From: Basidiobolus meristosporus CBS 931.73
Lineage: Eukaryota > Fungi > Basidiobolomycota
Reading direction: 5' to 3'
DNA length: 64,000 nt
Assembly: GCA_002104905.1 (NCBI GenBank)
Contig: MCFE01000419.1
Span: 1 to 64,000 of the forward strand
The position numbers and the translations under genes are program-made. The notes beneath the pieces were generated by a model. It worked only from the letters and a program-made list of their open reading frames with translations. It had not been told where the DNA came from and did no database searches. Below are positions 26,501 to 39,210 of the stretch, piece after piece. Each line of letters begins with the position of its first letter. Positions within the stretch are counted from its first letter, which is position 1.

Positions 26501-28294
26501 GTTTGCAGATAACTGTTTGTTCCTACTGCTGTTCAAGGTAGGTGGCATAGTGGTTTCGTTCTGGATATGCACTAAAAGCGACTCTTGCAGAATCACGGAG
26601 CGAACACAAGTGGCGAAAACACTTTTGATCTGTTTTATGTCATGGAGACTGTTATGGGGCCGAACGATGTTTGGACCTCTGAAGAGACGGAAGAGTCGCT
26701 TCCGTTACGAGATCTACCCATCAGAGATGTGATGGAGCACTTGATCAGCCAAGAGCTAAATGGACGAGCCTTTTCAACAGTTTTATCTAACTTCAGCACC
26801 TACATTATACAGATACACCATCACTCACTTGGAGACCGACTGCTCAAAGGCATTGGGATATTCCTTGGAAAGTTAGCTGGGTTGCTAGATAAACGCCAAG
26901 ACATCGACGTCAGCCCTGTGCTCGATATGGTAGAAAAGATCTTGAGGGAGCATCCATTTGCCATTGCCACTTTGACGCCATCGCTAAAAACTCTGGTCAA
27001 ACATGCCATCGAGTCATCCTCTGTCAACGTGGAGTCGTTGGCTAGGCTGTTGACTGTCCACAACTTGATAATGTTGGATCAATTAGCAAACAAGTTTTCA
27101 ATTGGGGGCTTTTTGGTGGACTTGATGAAGCTGATTTATACCGGCAAAACGAAGTTGCCCACCAACGGGGCGGCCACACTTGTTCAAGTCATGCTCTGGG
27201 ATTATTACGCTGCCACTCCTGGGAGTGCGCCAGCTAACCTAGCGCTCAACCAGATGCCTCAAGCACCGGCTACCAATGGATATCGCACAATATTCCCCGG
27301 AATCACCGAAATGTTTGATGACATGGTATTATTCTTGGGAGACCCGCTGAAGTTCCAAAAGTACACGGGCGAAGAGTTTAAGATTTCCATTTGGACTAGC
27401 CATTTGATTATCTCTATGCTGGAACCAAGACGCAACAGGTTCCACGAGCTCCTCTGCAAGCAACACAACGATCAGAATCTTCACTTGTTGAATCATATTT
27501 TCCTGGCCATCGCACACATTGGCTCACCAAAACTCTGCACCCTCGCGCTAGAGTTGCAAGACACTGTGACCGAAATAATCTCCCATGGAGTGAAGCTGGC
27601 CGCTTCCCCAGAAACCAATGATGAGCTATATGCAGCGCAAAGAGTGGTTATAAGTCAGACCTTTGTGCTGATCAAGGCTTGGTCCATACTGGTGCATATT
27701 CTCAACGCAGATGCCAAATACTCCACAGCTATCGGCAGAAGTGGAAAGAGACGGGCCCCCACGACGATGACTGCTGAGCGCAAGCTCTGGAATACCATTT
27801 GGCCGATGCTTAGGAAGTCTTTAGTAGCCAGAGTCCACAGCAACAACTCCAACGTAGGTGCTAGTTTCGCAGCACCTGGCTCGTGATTTTAATATATCTG
27901 TGTGTATTTAGGAGCTGCCGCTTGTATGGCGTCATTTCTTCCAGCTGGTTGCTTTCCTTCAAGGGCTTGGCTCAGAGATATTGCTTGTTTACAACCACGA
28001 CTGGCTCTCCATGGTTGAAATGTTTTTCGAAGAGGTATATATCAGAACTATAGAGGAATCATTTACTTGGCTTCATAGCCTCACGCTTTGATCTGCTTGT
28101 AGGAAAAATCGAATGTTGCCGCTCGGGAAATTGAAAATCAAACCAAGCTATTGCTAGACATCGTGCCAACCATACACTTTTCTTCAGAGCTAGAGAGCAT
28201 TGTGGAGGATATATACTCCGAACTACGCCAATCCTCTCATTTCCAGATCTCTCCCGAGGCGAACCAGTTGGCGATCTTCTTTGGTCAGCTTTAG
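20553..28294 (+). CDS. Very large HEAT/ARM-repeat protein with C1-type zinc fingers, UNC79-like (~2,400 aa, ~7 exons)
   Basis: ORF-track pieces join via GT-AG introns (~20928-21038, 21500-21555, 26193-26246, 26538-26590, 27854-27911, 28036-28101). Segments YHSHLL..VYINILNVVAYGSQEVRYRALQILFQYW and DWETRY..WDKNQNVS..FDWE resemble human UNC79 as I recall it. C1-like Cys/His patterns at 22137-22286 and 22437-22589. Confidence 0.8.
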
Positions 28295-28843
28295 GTTAGG
28301 CAGCCCCGGTCAGATGCCGTGAGCAATATGGGCACCTTCGGGTCATGTTTTATATTGTTTATCATCCTTTATCATATTACCTTCCTGACCACCGATGATC
28401 ATCCTCATGTATTATTTGTTGCCTTGGTCCATTTTTTATTATGCTACATCAAACCCTTTCTACTGCATTCACAATACACTACTTCGATAATGCACTACCT
28501 ATTTCCCAAGCGGATTTAGACATTTGTTGGCATCGGCTACCAAGTGGTTGATTCCATATCAAATCAAAATACTTGGCACATGGTCGATAGGATTGGCTGC
28601 AATCTCATCAACCTGATCCAGGTGAGCGAGCAGGGAAAACACAAACAAAAACAATTGAGCTGCCGAGAATCACCAGTCACACTAGATTATAGGAAACCGC
28701 AGGTTCCAACGAACTCCAGTGCACCTTATATTAGTTTTCAAAAGGTTTTCACAACTGAACGGTTTTGCTCAGCAGAATCTCTTCTCCCAGCTAGCACTTG
28801 GCTTTATCTCCGATCCATTTTCAACCTGCTAGTATCGTGAATC

Positions 28844-30981
28844 ATGTCTACCTTCGATTCGTTTACAAAGTTACATACCCGTTCGTGTAAAGATTGTCGA
28901 GAGCTCTCCGTAAGTATCAGTTCCAATAAAGGTTTTCGGCCGTTCGCTTCTCTTTGGGGCCGAGCTAAATCCTTTTCCGCCACCGTAGGACATCTCCAAA
29001 GAATCCATCAAAACCTTCTTAACTGTGGCCAAGACGGCAAATCTGGCCTTCCCGGAAGTACTGGTGCAAGCGTTCTCTCATGTAAGCAGTTGCCGGAAGG
29101 ATACCGTTCGATGTAGCCAATTAATATCGTCGCTTCATAGGCTGTCAATGACGTGGATGCCGAGGTGGTGCAACTAGGTGCCAAGTCTATTGAGTTGTTG
29201 TCAAGAAGATTGGGGAAAGATATAGCCTCATTCTACCCGATTGTATGGGTTTGCTTTCTTTTTGTAAGCCAGATGCCCATCCTAACGGACTCTTCTCGTT
29301 TGACCTTAGTTTGTTCACGATCTACAGTCCCAAATCAGTAAATACGAATGTGTTATAGACTCGCTCAAAGGAGCCCTAAAAGCAGTCAAGAGACTGGTAA
29401 GTGATGCCTAACGGGAGACTCGACGTGGTTATTCAACAGCTCACCCCATGCGTTATCCATCTTTAGCCATTCAGAGCTGTAGACAAAGAAATCCAAGCCA
29501 AGAATTACTTGGAGCAAGTGGAAAGAACCTACCCGGACAAAACCCGTAACGAGGCACTTCACTTCACTGCTTCCAAGCTCGCCAACGCTAGTGACGCCGG
29601 CTGCTCGGCGCCTGATAATTTTGTGGAGAAGATGAGCGGATATATCGAGAGCGTCGACTCTGAAATTGGCGTGTATGGTTATCAGTCGTTCGGCATTCGC
29701 CAGGTCAAAAAGGAGAACCAGCTCTTGGAGGCAGAGGCAAAACTGAGCACGAGCCAAGATACCTCTGCAAGAGCTCCACGGAAACAGCCCAAGCCTGAAC
29801 CAACCAGATTAGAGAAGGTAGGTGAGCCGTTGGTTGCTTGTTCGTAGTCCAAGCAATAACCATACCGTATTTGGTATTCCGATCAGAGAAAGCAAAGTCC
29901 ACCTATCAACTCACAGCCGAAGCCTAAGGCAACTGTCGACAGCTACTCAAGTAACTTCAAATATTCCTCGCACCAGTATGAGAAAGAACTTCTTGGATCG
30001 CTGCCGGAAAACACCTCAATCCTCACAAATGCCAGAGAACCAGACTGGAAGAAACGCCTTGATGGTTTGTAACCCTTTCATTTAGGGAAGTCCAAGCTCG
30101 TGGCCAACTAAGCGCCCTTCTTTGTAGCGGTCGAAACATTGGAAAGGTTCTTGAAGAAAAGCCCACCGGAGGCGGTGGATGCCGAGTTGGTGGTGCGTTT
30201 CTTGGACGAGAGTCCCAGCTGGAAAGAGCCACACCCACAGGTGCGTAGCGATCTGATCCGTGAGATTGAAGCCTCCTACTCATGCATCTTGTGTAGATTC
30301 TGTCCAAAATGTTTTCCACAGTGCAATATCTTGTGGAAAATAGCCCTTCCTTCACCCCAGCATGTGCCTCACTTACCATTCCAGGTACGTCCCAGTGGTT
30401 ATCTGGCCTATAAGACGATTGACACTCATTGCTCCTTCACACTGTAGCATTGGCCTTTGGCGTTGGCGACAACAAAGTCAAACGGGCGGCCGGCGAATGT
30501 CTGTCCAGCATCTCCAAGAAGTTTGGAAACCAACTGGTCCTGCTACACGGTAAGCAGCCTCGCATACACCAACACCTGGCTCAGCTCAGGCTCTAACCCA
30601 AGTTGCCCATAGCCGTGGAAATCTGGAAATACCTCAAGACCCCCAAAGCATTGGAAGAAAGTCTGGGCTGGTTACACCAGAATCTGAAGAAATATGGTTT
30701 GAGCGGGGTGGATACCAAGGAGCTGTTCGAGCTTCTCAAGATCACGTTTACCCACGCCAACGGGGCGGTTCGTAAGTTTGGTGTGGTGATAGTGGCGCTG
30801 ATCGCATCGTCTGGACCAGGTAAATGGCCATCCATTGCAACTTGCTGCCTTCATTTGGACCAACGCATGCTTGAATACTATAGACTTCCGACAGCAAGTA
30901 ATTGAGATCAACCCGAAGCTGAAGGACACTCTGGATCGCGAGTTTATCAACATGTGGACGGAAGTGGCCACGAATTCATGA
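28844..30981 (+). CDS. Short XMAP215/Stu2-family TOG-domain gene (partial HEAT, linker, one TOG3-like domain), many introns
   Basis: Spliced: AVNDVDAEVVQLGAKSI; REPDWKKRLDA VETLE..SPSWKEPHPQ ILSKMF..GVGDNKVKRAAGECL..KTPKALEESLGWLHQNLKKYG..HANGAVRKFG..SGP DFRQQVIEINPKLKDTLDREF..TNS*. Follows XMAP215 TOG3 (WKERL..WKETNFQV..IGDVK..KNPK..WL..NPAVR..IDAEF). The start codon is uncertain. Confidence 0.75.
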
Positions 30982-31605
30982 GGCCCCCGCCCTACGAGCG
31001 ACTCTGTTGCCGTAGCCTTCGCATGGCACCCATTCATCAGCCACCTTGATCGCTATTTTTTCGAGACCAACTGCTGGCTTAGTCGTGGCCTCAGAATTCT
31101 CGGCCCCGTGTGTCAAGATGAATTAGCCCAGCTGATTGTTCGTTTCTTATTAAAGACCCCCAAGGCTTCCCTTGGAAGCATTGTTCTATTCACTGACCGT
31201 CTCGTTGCATCCATCTGCATTGCACAAGGGGGAAGTTAGCGTCTTCATACTATTGCACCATCCGAGTAACACAGGCGATGTCCCGGCCCTAGGAATCTCA
31301 TCTGGACCGGCGACCTAGTTTTGGTGGGAGTACGGGATATGGGGTTTGGTCACGTGCTTTTTTCAGAGATGTTTAATCGGTTTAAGAATGGGTGGGAATC
31401 AGCGGGATTAGGACAGGTGCTCTAGCAAATTGATATTTTACGTGGCCATGCTTCCGAGGGAACATCTGCCCCAGCGACACAAGAAACGGTTCCCATCAGT
31501 GGATCCGCAAAGAATAGATTATGATGGTTGCTAAGCTAAGGCAATGCTAATTGGGAAAGAGGCTTTTCAGCAATCCACTCGTCGCCAACATCGCTGGAGC
31601 AGGTT

Positions 31606-32490
31606 TCAGGCGAATTCGGAGGCTTTACCGGACTAGATTTCGCAGAGGGTGAGCAACCCAGGCCATCCCATGGGACAGAGGACACAGAAGACTTACCGTG
31701 AGCAGGCCAACGATCAGGCCAAACAGCCCCAGGACCGAGCCGAAAATCTCCACCACGAGGATCTTCACGAAGAGTTGCGCATCCTGGGCGTCGGCCAAGG
31801 CAGCGCTGGAGCCGGTGATTCCAACGCAGATACCACAGAAGAAGTTGCAAAACCCGACGGTCAGACCGGCCCAGAATAGTGAGAACCCTAGAGGAATACC
31901 ACCTCCGCATCAGTCTCGTTGGATGCACAGCGATCGTGGACATTCAACCTACCTGTATAGTAGTGACTAGCGGTGTAGGCGGTGTTGACTGTTCCTAGCT
32001 TGGCGGAGAAGACGATGGCCATGATAACGCCGTAAATGGCGACCACCTCACAAAAAATGATACTACAAAATGGAGCAGTTGAGCGGGTCTCTTTCTCCCT
32101 CGCTCCCGCAGGTCGGGCTCCCACTGGACGAGAAGGTGACTTACCTGATCAGGTTCTTGGTCTTGATCCTGGGCGTTCTGACCGCACCACCCAAGATGGA
32201 CGCTCCGGTGACGAAGATGCCCCTGGAAAGCAAGGTTAGCGAAACCCATACCCATAGGTTGGTTCAGGAACAAGGGTAGATAACTACCATGCAGCGCCCA
32301 CAACCGACAGCCCGATGCAGAGGGAGATTCCCAGCAGGGCCCACATGTATGGCGAGGTGTCCAGCAGGAACAAGCCAAAGTTGAAGGCTTCTCCGTTGCC
32401 GGTGAAGAGCAGCCACAAAGCGTAGACGACGGCTACGAACACGAAAAGGTAGACGAGGAGCTTGGACACAAGGCTGGAATAGTAATTCAT
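31606..32490 (-). CDS. VMA16: V-ATPase V0 proteolipid subunit c''
   Basis: [25 protein letters not shown]|[18 protein letters not shown]|[12 protein letters not shown]..|[38 protein letters not shown]|SGKASEFA*. Confidence 0.96.
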
Positions 32491-33026
32491 CTGGACGGGT
32501 CGAAGTAGCGAACGGCGAATGAACGGGGTGGTGGAGGAGCAGTGTAGGTGGGAGAGCGGAGAGTTCCCTGAACAAAGGGTGGTGGATTAAATTGGGCCCC
32601 TTCCCTAGGACCCAACCCGACACATGTGCCATCCCAGATCCGTGGTGGTAAATGCCAAAAGCATGGGTGGGATGCACCATTTTCCTAGCAACCACATCAT
32701 TTTGGTTCCAATCAGGGGTGGCAGCCGCTCACCGTGCGTGGTTTCCCGAATGTTTCTACCCGTTTGGTGAGCATCGCTCCTGAATTGCCACCTTTTGTGC
32801 ACATCCACTAATTGATGCCCCCCTCCGGTGGCCAATCACCGCCATTGGAGGGCGCCGGGGGAGCACTGGAAATTGGGAATTCGGTCTACTTGGATCCGAC
32901 TGCTTAGCCACCTTCCAAAGAATCGTCTGGATCCCCCCTCCGGCCTCCGCCAATCGCATTGTCCGGCCGGGGAGGGTCATGCATGAACCTTGATCCACGC
33001 ACTAGCACCATCGCCTCTTAATCCGT

Positions 33027-33743
33027 TTAAGCTTCCTTTCTACCACCATTCACAAACCTTAAATCCCCGGCCCGGAGGGTTCCACAGGTACGAGGATTCC
33101 ACCAGTTTCCCTGGGGGTGATTGTTGCGCGGTTGGTTGATTCGTACCACTCCCTTGTGGTTCCCCGGGGGATGACCCGGTAGCGCTCTTGGCCGTTGGCC
33201 GTGGATTGGATTGGGGGCTGTTCGAGAGCTCTCTTCCTTCAGAATGTCTCCCTGCCAGCGCGAGTCGTCGGGTGATGCCTCCTCCGACCAGCATCTCCTA
33301 TCGAAGGATCCTTCAGCCAGGTGACGTGGTTGCCGGGTTGGACTCGTCTGCTTGGCGCCTCGGTAATCTGCTGTATCGAGGGTGGAATTCACCAGGAGGC
33401 AAGGCCTGGAGGGGGTGTACGAGGGGTAGGGGCCCAGAACTTCTCCCATCGAGGCCTATGGTGAACGGTTGTGTTGCGGCTGCTATTCTTCCCTCCCCGA
33501 TTTATCGATTCTGGTTTGCGGTCCGGTCGTGGTATCGGCCCCATGGCTTCGGAGCCAAGGTGCAGGGGAGGGGGAGGGGGAGGGGCAGGGGATCCAGATG
33601 TTTCTGCTACATATCCTCTCAATGTAGGGGATGAGGCGAGTGATGTCTCGGATATCCAGGATTCCAGGGGGCGGATCCAGCTTTTCCAGGGCTGGTGTTT
33701 CATGACGTTTCAATCATTCTTCCACATCCTGATCCCCCCTTAA
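33027..33743. other. GC-rich stretch with several overlapping Pro-rich ORFs; no recognisable product
   Basis: Several frames are open on both strands; no motif recognised. It is the last CpG-normal sequence before the TE block. Confidence 0.2.
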
Positions 33744-34239
33744 TCCGCCCAATCCAACAGGTCCAACAAACCATCTGATCTCCGGTTTGGTCCCGAGATG
33801 GGAGGGGGTTGGTTGGATTTTTGATTACCGAGATCCAAGATTGCATAGACAGTTGATTGCATCAGAGCTGAGAAGTCACTGGACAGTACCTTGAGATCCA
33901 TGTTACACTGTATGCAAAGGTAGGCATCTCAATTGTCAATCTTGTGTTTACACTCCAGTATTCCAATCACTTGGTCACTTGATTCATGGCTTACAATCCC
34001 TACTATCCCCAAACCAAATTCTTTGCTAGGACTTGGAGTACTCTCCCCAAAGTGTTAAGCCCTAGAGCATCAAACTCCCAAAGTTGTTCAAAAGTCCTCA
34101 AATTCTGTGCATATGCTCCAGGGGACACTGAGTACCTTCCTAGGAATATTTCATATGCTTATCTTGTCAAGTCTATTTAAACAGAATGAATGCCACTCTT
34201 ACATTAGATAAATCATCAAGTGAGACTATGCAGTATTCT

Positions 34240-34589
34240 TGTTGTAAAAATTTGGAATTCCACCTAAAGATTCACCTAACTTAGTCACTTAGATCACTAC
34301 CTTCAAATCCCAGGGAATACTGACCAAATTCCTTGTCTAGATTTATCTGGATTATTTTCACCAAAATATCAGGTACCCAGAGCATGAAAATTAGATAGGT
34401 TGTCCAAACCATCCCAATCTTTGCACACATGTTCTTGGGACCTTCTTAAGCCTATTATATGTGCTGGTTATGCCAGGACTATGTAAAAGTATAAATACTA
34501 CTCTTACATTCAATAGATCAATAAGTGAAAACCCACATAATCTACTTGTTCTCCCAATCACTTCCAATATCTCCAAGACTCTTACAACA
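34240..34589 (+). repeat. Copia LTR-A (350 bp, TGTTG...CAACA)
   Basis: Homologous to the other four copia LTRs; followed by PBS-like GGTCATGAACCC at 34590. Confidence 0.9.
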
Positions 34590-35535
34590 GGTCATGAACC
34601 CCAAGCTGTCACTCTCTGCATAGTCTACTACTGCCATTACTAAAATTTCTCCCTCTGCTGAAAAGTTGGATTGATCTAACCACCAAGTATGGAACATGAA
34701 GATGACAATGCTGCTACAAGAAAGAGGCCTTAAGGATATTGTCTTGGAAGAAAATGTCCTCCTAAGAATGTGAAAGAGGAAGCTTCAAAGTACTAGAAAA
34801 AAGAACAAAGTGCCTTTAACTGCATTTACCTTAATGTCAAAGAAAAATTGCTAATTCAATGCTTCAAGCAAAAGCAGCAAAGAATGCCTGGAAGGCATTA
34901 GAAGACACCCACTGGTTGCATTCAGCTGCCAAGAAAATGTATCTTAGACAAAAACCTGTGCTAAAACAATGCTGCCTGGAGAAGAAACAAAAAATCCAAT
35001 CAACAGAATTACTATGTTGGTGGACAAGATGGGATCTTTGGGTGTACCAACTACAGATACAAATTGATAGTTATTATCCTGAATAGCATGACAGACAAGT
35101 TTCAGGGACTTATATCAGCCATAGAGTCTAGGACTGAAGATTTGGCCTTAAATCATATATATGGATGGTTCCTGGATGAAGAATTAAGAAAATGAAGTGC
35201 CAACAAGAAGGAAGATGAGAGTGCTTTAATAATCAATGATAACCAACAAATGAGGTACCCAAGGCCCTTTAAATGCAATAGCAACCTATTTTGCAACTAC
35301 TTCCAAAGGAACAGACATACATCATACTGGTGCCTCAAAAAGAGAGATAGACAGCTGAAAAAGCCTGAATATGGAAATGCTGCAACTACTGAAGATAGAC
35401 TGTTAATATCTGCACTAAAGATGACCACAAGCATGGATTCTTAGACATGGTATATTGATTCTGGAGCATCTCAACACTTTACACACCAAACAGAACTTTT
35501 GACCCAACATCAAGAAATCCTAATTAAAGTCTTCA

Positions 35536-36082
35536 TGTCATGATCACATGACATCCATGAACACCCATGCCAAGTTTTCAGCTTCCTAGCTCAATTTCTA
35601 AGAGATTCCTTCTGGAACCTTCTACCACCTTCCAGAAAGTTCCTGACCATTCCAAACCATTGTTACACAATGGAACATTCCATGGAAGCTTCCCATTGTA
35701 TTTTTCATAGTCCAGTACCATATATGGAAATACCAGGCCACATGACTTAGTCACATGATCAGGTGACCCAATCCATTTCCCCATCCTGTCTCAGTGCCTT
35801 GCCTTCTATATTATTATCCCCAGCACATTGCTGTGCTTCACCCCACAACCCCATTAGTATTAGCCAATATCTCTTGGCATTGGTATAACCAAAATGTATA
35901 TATAGTCCTATCCCCCCTTAAGTATTCCTCAGTCTGATAAACACAGGTCTTGAATAAACAGCCTTGCCTTGGAAATCTGCCTTGCCTTGGAGATCCACCT
36001 TGCCTTGTTGATCCACACCTAAGTCCCTTCCTGGTCCTGCCTTGCCTAGCCCTACTCTCCTGCCTTGTGTCTATTCATAACA
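35536..36082. mobile_element. Solo LTR (547 bp) inserted in copia A
   Basis: Termini TGTCATGA...TCATAACA; TSD CTTCA at 35531-35535 and 36083-36087; removing it restores copia KVFMGD; contains three ~18-bp (G/A)CCTTGCCTTG.. tandem units at ~35961-36014. Confidence 0.92.
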
Positions 36083-38588
36083 CTTCATGGGTGATGATAG
36101 AACATTTGACACAGTTAGGGAAGGAACCATCCAAGTGAACCTTGGAAGCAGTGAAGGATGCCACACACTAACCTTCAAAGAAGTACTCTATGTACCAGCA
36201 ATAGCCAAGGACCTACTATCCGTAAGCAAGGCCACAGCAGAAGAACTTGGTTCCAGCTTTGACAATTCTGGATGCAGGATCACTGATCAAAATGGTGCCC
36301 ATATTGCTTTGAGTATCAGAGATCAGAATCTATACAAGTTGAGTTATATTCCATCATATCCAAAAGCCAATATAAGTAACTTAAATGAAGAAACACCAAT
36401 GCTTTGGCACAGGAGATTTGAGCATATCATTCTTGATAATTTGCGCAAAATTATCAAAGATCAGCTAATTTCCGGAGTAAAAGTGATCCCCCAGCTAATT
36501 TGAAGCACTGTGGAGCCTGCATATATGGGAGACAAGCCAGACAACCTCTCAAGAGCTCTGGGTTAATCAAAACAGAAAAAATTAAATCTAATTCACTCAT
36601 ATCTGTGTGGGCCTATGCAAAATTTATCCTTAAGCGGGATGAAGTATTTAATCACTTTTACTGACAATTATACAAGATACACATGGCTTTACTGCATGGA
36701 GAGGAAGGAAGAAGCTCTGTCTAAGTTCAGGGAGTTTAAAGCCATGGTGGAGAGAGAAACTGGTGAAAATATCAATAAAATACCATTTGGCAATGGTGGA
36801 GAATATACCTCAAAACTCTTCATCCACTTCTGCAAAATTCATGGGATAAAGCAAGAGACTACTGTACCATACTCCCCACAGCAAAATGGAGTAGCAGAAT
36901 GTGCTAACAGATCAATAATTGATATGGCAAGATCTATGGTCCATGAACAAAATTATCCTATGATTTTTGGGCAGAATCCATTAGTACTGCTATATACCTT
37001 GAAAATAGGAGTTATAACAGAATGCAAAAGAGGCCCTAGATAGCCCTCAGACAAAGTTTTGGAGATCTGCAATGACTGAAGAATAACAGCCCCTGATGGA
37101 AAACCAAACTTGGGACTTGGTCAAATTACCAATCAACCAAAATTTGATTGGATGCAGATGGGTCTTTAAATCAAAATACAAGGCTGATGGTTCAACTGAA
37201 AGATACAAAGCAAGACTTGTGGCCAAAGAATACTCTCAAACAAAAGGACTTAACTATGCTGAGACATTTGCCCTGATAGCCAAGTTTAATTCCATCAGAT
37301 TAATAATGACTATTGCAGCCAAATATAAGTTTTTTATTCATCAAATGGATGTAAAAACTGCATTTTTGAATGGCAAACTTGATGAGGACATGTATATGGA
37401 CCAGCCTGATGGGTTTGCTGACCAAGATAACCCCCATTTGTTCTTCAAGGTTAAAAAATCTCAATATGGTTGCAAACAATCACCAAGAGCCTGGAACTGT
37501 AAGATAGGATCTGTTTTGGAATCTTTGAGTTGCAAAAGGAGAAAAGCTGACTATAGTATATGCTATAAGCCAGATAGAGCAAATCCAGCTCTATTAGCTC
37601 TATATGTGGATGATCTTATTATAGCCAACAATAATCTAGAAACATTGGAGAATAAATCCAGCCTATCTGAGGAGTTCAAGATCTCCAATCTAGGAGAACT
37701 CAGTTGCTACTTAGGGATTAAGTTATCCGTAGACATAAGAGCCCATACTACCACCCTAAGCCAATCCAAGTATATACAAGATATACTAAAGAAGTACTAA
37801 ATGGAAGACTGTGAACTGGTAGCTACCCCAATAGTGACAAACCTCAACTTGGTCAAAACTCAGCCAAATCAAGAGAGCTTGGTGGCATCTGAAAGCCCTG
37901 ACTTTCCTTATCAATCTATGGCTGGCAGACTGATGTATATAATGCTTGGAACACATCCAGATATCTCATCTTCAGTGGGAGCTGTCAGCCAACATAATCA
38001 GAACTATGGATCTGATCATATTGCAGCAGTTAAGCAGATTTTTAAATACCTACAAGAAACTGCTGATATCTGCCTAAGATACACTTATAAGGATTTAAAA
38101 CAGGATCTTGTGGGATACTCCAATGCTGATTGGGAATAAAATTTGGAAGACAGAAGATCCACCACAGTATACACTTTTCTCTACTGTAAAGGAGCAATTT
38201 CAGGGAATTCAAGAAAGCAACCAACTATAGCACTTTCTGCCACAGTGGCAGAGTATATGACAGCCTGTGAAGATAAAAACAGAGCAATGTGGTTAAGAAA
38301 GCTTTTTTCTGACTTAGGCCTATATCAAAAAATGCCTATTACTTTATTTCAGGATAATCAAGGATGTTTACAATTAGGTAGAAATACAACTTTACATGCT
38401 AGAGCTAAGCACATAGATATAAGACATTATTTCATACGTAAAGCTATAGAGAATAACTTAGTTAGCTTAGTTTACTGTCCTTCAGATGAAATGGTTAAAG
38501 ACATTTTTACCAAACAATTAGCTAGAGACAAGTTTGAATCTCTTAGGTCAAAATTAGGACTAGTCAATATGAGCATTCAGCTGGGGGG

Positions 38589-38938
38589 TGTTGTAAAAAT
38601 TTGTAATTTCACCCAAGTATTCACCTTACTTAGTTGCTTAGATTATTACCTTCAAGTCCTAGAGAGTACTGACCAAATTCCTTGTCAGGATTTACTTGGA
38701 ATATTTTCACCAAAATACCATGTAACCAGTACATGGAAATTCTCAAAGTTGTTCAAACAGCCCCAAACCTTGCACACATGCTCTTGGGACCTTTCTAAGC
38801 CTATTCTATGTGTTTGCTATGGCAAGACCATGCAAAAGCATAAATACTACTTTTACATTCAATAAATCATGAAGTGAAAACCACATAATCTGCTTGTTCT
38901 CCCAGATCACCTCCAATATATCCAAGAATCTTACAACA
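38589..38938 (+). repeat. Copia LTR-B (350 bp, 3' LTR)
   Basis: Preceded by a G-run PPT at 38583-38588; TGTTG...CAACA ends; followed directly by mid-gag sequence GATTTGACC. Confidence 0.9.
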
Positions 38939-39210
38939 GATTTGACCTTAAATTATATACATGGAAGGCCTCTGGATGAAGAATTAAGAAAATCAAGTGC
39001 CAATAAGAACAAAGAAGAAAATGCTTTAATAAGCAATGATAACCAACAAAGGAGGTACCCAAGACCCTACAAAGGCAACAGCAGCCTGTTTTGCAACTAC
39101 TTCAGAAGGAAAGCACACACAACAGACTGGTGTCTCAAAAAGAGAGATAATCAGCAAAAGAAGCCTGAATATAGATATGCAGCAACAACAGAAGATATAC
39201 TATTCATATC

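Larger units (their letters stand above)
34240..38938 (+). mobile_element. Degenerate Ty1/copia segment A: LTR, PBS, gag, integrase, RT, RNase H, LTR
   Basis: WYIDSGASQH; integrase TVPYSPQQNGVAE; RT GCRWVFKSK..ERYKARLVAK, HQMDVKTAFLNG, LYVDDL; RNase H GYSNADW..HIDIRHYFIR; internal deletion near 37020; many stops and frameshifts. Confidence 0.93.

Noticed and set aside
34240-38938. LTR-A and LTR-B as the cognate LTR pair of one insertion
   Set aside because: The flanks do not form a TSD (ATTCT versus GATTT) and the LTRs are strongly diverged.
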